DNA of 64,000 nucleotides from Escherichia coli (GTDB lineage Bacteria; Pseudomonadota; Gammaproteobacteria; Enterobacterales; Enterobacteriaceae): NCBI RefSeq assembly GCF_001677475.2, contig NZ_CP015229.1; one strand, 5' to 3'. Shown piece by piece: positions 60,653 to 64,000 of this stretch (position 1 is its first letter; each line of letters starts with the position of its first letter). The notes under the pieces were generated by a model. It saw only the letters and a program-made list of their open reading frames with translations, ran no database searches and was not told where the DNA came from. The position numbers and the translations under genes were made by a program.

Positions 60653-61168
60653 TTAAAAATCGAGCAGTTTTTCTTCGAGTTGTTCGGCACTGCTTCGCAG
60701 TTTATCGAGAAAACGCAGCTTACGCACGGTATCCGCCGCCGCGTCCCACGTCTCGTTGTCTAACTGTTCAACCATCAACTGATGGCGGGTATCAAACATC
60801 TTTTTCACACGTTTGATAAAGCTTTCCAGCCGCGCTTCATCTTTCGCCTGTTCGATCTCGTCCAGTTCTTCGCGCAGTTCCAGCTGTTCCATCAGGAACG
60901 CGGTGTCGCGCACAGTATGCTGCTCGCTGGCGAGATCAAAACCGTGCAAAGAAAGCAAATATTCCGCGCGCATTAACGGATGACGCAGCGTTTGCCAGGC
61001 CTGGTTAATGGTTGCAGATTGCTGTACGGCGGCGAGTTGTTCCGCCTGGCTTCCGCTGGCGAATTTATCAGGATGATACTGACGTTGTAGATCCTGAAAA
61101 CGCAGGCTCAGTGCCTGGGTATCAAGTTGATAACGGGCAGGCAAGCCAAAGAGGGTGAAGTAATCCAT
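60653..61168 (-). CDS. hscB: Co-chaperone HscB (J-domain)
   Basis: 171 aa with HPD motif (QYHPDKF). Confidence 0.9.
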
Positions 61169-61214
61169 AACATTCTCAGGGCTGCGATCCGCCGCGATGG
61201 CGGCGAATCAGGTA

Positions 61215-61250
61215 AAACAAACCCCACGCGCAGGCGACCACGGTGGGGTT
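61215..61250 (-). terminator. Candidate intra-operon attenuator hairpin after iscA
   Basis: Minus strand ccccaccgtggtcgcctgcgcgtgggg followed by tttgtttt in the iscA-hscB gap. Confidence 0.35.
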
Positions 61251-61263
61251 ATCGGTATGCGCA

Positions 61264-61587
61264 TCAGACGTGGAAGCTTTCGCCGCAACCACACTCATCT
61301 TTGACGTTCGGGTTGGTGAATTTAAACCCTTCGTTCAGGCCTTCTTTTACGAAGTCCAGCTGCGTACCGTCCAGAAATTGCAGGCTTTTGCCATCGACCA
61401 CGACTTTCACGCCTTTGTCTTCAAACACGATGTCTTCCGGCGTCGGTTCGTCAACAAATTCCAGTACATAAGCCATACCTGAACATCCGGAGGTTCTCAC
61501 GCCCAGACGCAGGCCAAACCCTTTGCCGCGGTTAGCCAGAAAGGTATTTACTCGCGCTGCTGCACTGTCGCTCAGTGTAATCGACAT
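61264..61587 (-). CDS. iscA: Fe-S cluster carrier IscA
   Basis: 107-aa product starting [18 protein letters not shown]-terminal CGCGESF. Confidence 0.9.
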   Translation of the reverse strand: MSITLSDSAAARVNTFLANRGKGFGLRLGVRTSGCSGMAYVLEFVDEPTPEDIVFEDKGVKVVVDGKSLQFLDGTQLDFVKEGLNEGFKFTNPNVKDECGCGESFHV

Positions 61588-61603
61588 AACCAAACCTCAA
61601 CTC

Positions 61604-61990
61604 TTATTTTGCTTCACGTTTGCTTTTATAGTCCGCAATGGCGGCTTTGATCGCGTCTTCTGCCAGAATAGAACAGTGAATTTTCACCGGCGGCAGTTCA
61701 AGTTCTTCAGCAATATCGGTGTTTTTGATCGCCTGCGCTTCGTCGAGAGACTTCCCTTTCACCCATTCGGTGACCAGGGAGCTGGAAGCGATAGCAGAAC
61801 CGCAGCCGTAAGTTTTAAAACGCGCGTCTTCAATGATACCTTCATCGTTGACTTTAATCTGCAACTTCATTACGTCGCCACAGGCCGGTGCACCCACCAT
61901 GCCGCTGCCGACGTTCTCGTCGTTGTTGTCAAAGGAACCCACGTTACGCGGATTCTCGTAATGGTCGATAACTTTTTCGCTGTAAGCCAT
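61604..61990 (-). CDS. iscU: Fe-S scaffold IscU
   Basis: 128 aa with LPPVKIHCS motif. Confidence 0.9.
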   Translation of the reverse strand: MAYSEKVIDHYENPRNVGSFDNNDENVGSGMVGAPACGDVMKLQIKVNDEGIIEDARFKTYGCGSAIASSSLVTEWVKGKSLDEAQAIKNTDIAEELELPPVKIHCSILAEDAIKAAIADYKSKREAK

Positions 61991-62017
61991 TATAAATTCT
62001 CCTGATTCCGATACCGA

Positions 62018-63232
62018 TTAATGATGAGCCCATTCGATGCTGTTCAGATCCACGCCCTGCTTGTACATTTCCCACAGCGGAGAAAGGTCACGCAGACGAC
62101 CGATGGATTTACGAACTAACTCGATGGTGTAGTCGATCTCTTCTTCAGTAGTAAAACGACCTAAAGAGAAACGGATAGAGCTATGTGCCAGCTCGTCGTT
62201 CAGCCCCAGCGCGCGCAGCACGTAGGACGGTTCGAGGCTTGCTGACGTACAGGCGGAACCTGAAGAAACCGCGAGGTCTTTCAGCGCCATAATCAGCGAC
62301 TCACCTTCAACGTAGTTGAAGCTGACGTTGAGAATGTTCGGCGCACCGTGTTCCAGGTCACCGTTCAGGTAAACTTCTTCGATATCTTTGATGCCGTTCC
62401 ACAGACGGTTACGCAGGCCGCGCAGACGTTCCATCTCGGTCGCCATCTCTTCTTTTGCGATGCGATAGGCTTCGCCCATACCAACGATCTGGTGAACAGG
62501 CAGAGTGCCGGAACGCATACCGCGCTCGTGACCGCCGCCGTGCATTTGCGCTTCGATGCGTACGCGCGGTTTACGACGCACATACAGCGCACCGATACCT
62601 TTCGGGCCATAGAGTTTGTGACCGGAGAATGACATCAGGTCAACTTTCAACTGGCTCAGGTCGATAGGCAGTTTGCCCACGCTCTGGGTTGCATCAACGT
62701 GATAGATAATGCCACGAGCACGGCACATTTCGCCGATAGCCGCGATATCCTGCACCACGCCGATTTCGTTATTCACGTGCATGATAGAAACGAGGATGGT
62801 GTCGTCACGCATCGCTGCTTCCAGTTCTTTCAGGTCGATAATGCCGTTACGCTGCGGTGCCAGGTAGGTGACTTCGAAACCTTCGCGCTCCAGCTGACGG
62901 CAGGTATCCAGTACCGCTTTGTGTTCGGTTTTACTGGTGATGATGTGCTTGCCTTTTTTCTGATAAAAGTTGGCTGCACCTTTGATCGCCAGGTTGTCAG
63001 ATTCGGTTGCACCAGAGGTAAAGACGATTTCACGCGGGTCAGCGCCGACCAGATCGGCAATCTGATTACGGGCGATATCAACCGCTTCTTCAGCCTGCCA
63101 GCCGAAACGGTGAGAACGGGAGGCCGGGTTACCAAAGGTTCCGTCCATCGTCATAAACTGCATCATTTTCTCGGCAACACGCGGGTCCACCGGCGTGGTT
63201 GCGGAGTAGTCGAGATAAATCGGTAATTTCAT
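62018..63232 (-). CDS. iscS: Cysteine desulfurase IscS
   Basis: 404-aa product starting [17 protein letters not shown] lysine SFSGHK; active-site SSGSACTS. Confidence 0.9.
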   Translation of the reverse strand: MKLPIYLDYSATTPVDPRVAEKMMQFMTMDGTFGNPASRSHRFGWQAEEAVDIARNQIADLVGADPREIVFTSGATESDNLAIKGAANFYQKKGKHIITSKTEHKAVLDTCRQLEREGFEVTYLAPQRNGIIDLKELEAAMRDDTILVSIMHVNNEIGVVQDIAAIGEMCRARGIIYHVDATQSVGKLPIDLSQLKVDLMSFSGHKLYGPKGIGALYVRRKPRVRIEAQMHGGGHERGMRSGTLPVHQIVGMGEAYRIAKEEMATEMERLRGLRNRLWNGIKDIEEVYLNGDLEHGAPNILNVSFNYVEGESLIMALKDLAVSSGSACTSASLEPSYVLRALGLNDELAHSSIRFSLGRFTTEEEIDYTIELVRKSIGRLRDLSPLWEMYKQGVDLNSIEWAHH

Positions 63233-63472
63233 TGCTCTATAAACTCCGTACATCACTCAATGCAAGGAACCAGGCTACCGGCTGGATGTACGACCGTATT
63301 TACGGAGTGTTAAACACTCCGGCCTGATTCTAATATCTTGTTATCTTTAACCTAACTGTTTCGGGTTTCAGCAAGTTGACAAACTTACGAATCTCCGGGA
63401 GCTTACATAAGTAAGTGACCGGAGTGAGTATGTGCAGTCAACGCAGATGCAACACGAAACAGGACGGTTAAA
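63233..63472 (-). promoter_or_regulatory. iscR-iscS intercistronic region with strong palindromes
   Basis: 240-bp gap containing exact 9+1+9 palindrome cggagtgttAaacactccg (63303-63321) and cttacATAAgtaag (~63398-63411). Confidence 0.4.
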
Positions 63473-63961
63473 TTAAGCGCGTAACTTAACGTCGATCGCG
63501 TCTTGTGTGCGGCTGCGTGGCGCGTCGTGAGTATGCTGACGACCAGACACATCCAGCACTTCCTGGTTATTAACCAGTTCGCCTAAAGTAATGTTGTTGA
63601 GAAAACCGGTGAGACGGTCGCTCAAATCACGCCACAGCGCGTGGGTCAGGCATTTATCGCCGCCCTGGCAGCCGCCTTTACCCTGACAACGGGTAGCATC
63701 TACAGATTCGTCAACGGCGCTAATCACTTCGCCAACGGCGATGCTGCTGGCATCTTTGCCTAACAGATAACCACCGCCTGGTCCACGTACACTGGAAACC
63801 AGACCATTTTTACGCAGACGGGAAAACAGTTGTTCCAGATAAGAAAGGGAAATTCCCTGACGTTCGGAAATATCAGCCAACGGTACCGGGCCTGCTTCGG
63901 AGTTGAGCGCAACGTCCAGCATTGCGGTCACGGCATAGCGCCCTTTAGATGTCAGTCTCAT
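63473..63961 (-). CDS. iscR: Fe-S cluster regulator IscR (Rrf2 family)
   Basis: 162 aa beginning [19 protein letters not shown]; cluster-ligating cysteines ([13 protein letters not shown]). Confidence 0.9.
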   Translation of the reverse strand: MRLTSKGRYAVTAMLDVALNSEAGPVPLADISERQGISLSYLEQLFSRLRKNGLVSSVRGPGGGYLLGKDASSIAVGEVISAVDESVDATRCQGKGGCQGGDKCLTHALWRDLSDRLTGFLNNITLGELVNNQEVLDVSGRQHTHDAPRSRTQDAIDVKLRA

Positions 63962-64000
63962 GTCTTACTTCACCTCAAACTCGCCCCTGCCCGGGGTTTT

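Overview
This window reads as an Escherichia coli-type chromosomal segment, recognised by gene order and protein sequences from memory (no database search was run). The core backbone runs hyfI-hyfJ-hyfR-focB / perM / bepA-yfgD / hda-uraA-upp / purMN / ppk-ppx / pdeF / yfgG-yfgH-yfgI / guaBA / xseA ... yfgJ-der-bamB-yfgM-hisS-ispG-rodZ-rlmN-ndk-pbpC-yfhM / sseA ... sseB-pepB-iscX-fdx-hscA-hscB-iscA-iscU-iscS-iscR. Two accessory features interrupt it. (1) An 11.6 kb island between xseA and yfgJ encodes an intimin/invasin-type inverse autotransporter (SinH-like), a small secreted paralog (SinI-like) and a 2680-aa secreted protein built of nine tandem ~280-aa modules (RatA-like); this matches the Salmonella CS54 / ExPEC sinH-sinI-ratA locus, so it is poorly characterised rather than undescribed. 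(2) An intact IS3-family insertion sequence sits exactly in the centre of a perfect palindrome just downstream of sseA, next to a 45-codon hydrophobic ORF that looks like a RyfA/TimP-type type I toxin. The most unusual things I see directly in the sequence are a perfect 21-bp-arm palindrome buried in the signal-peptide coding region of sinH, the shared N- and C-terminal motifs linking RatA, SinI and SinH, and the IS/palindrome/toxin arrangement. I found no CRISPR array, tRNA, rRNA or prophage, and no evidence for a wholly undescribed multi-gene system. Gene starts were adjusted from the ORF track by recalled protein N-termini and are approximate; terminators and regulatory sites are read by eye.
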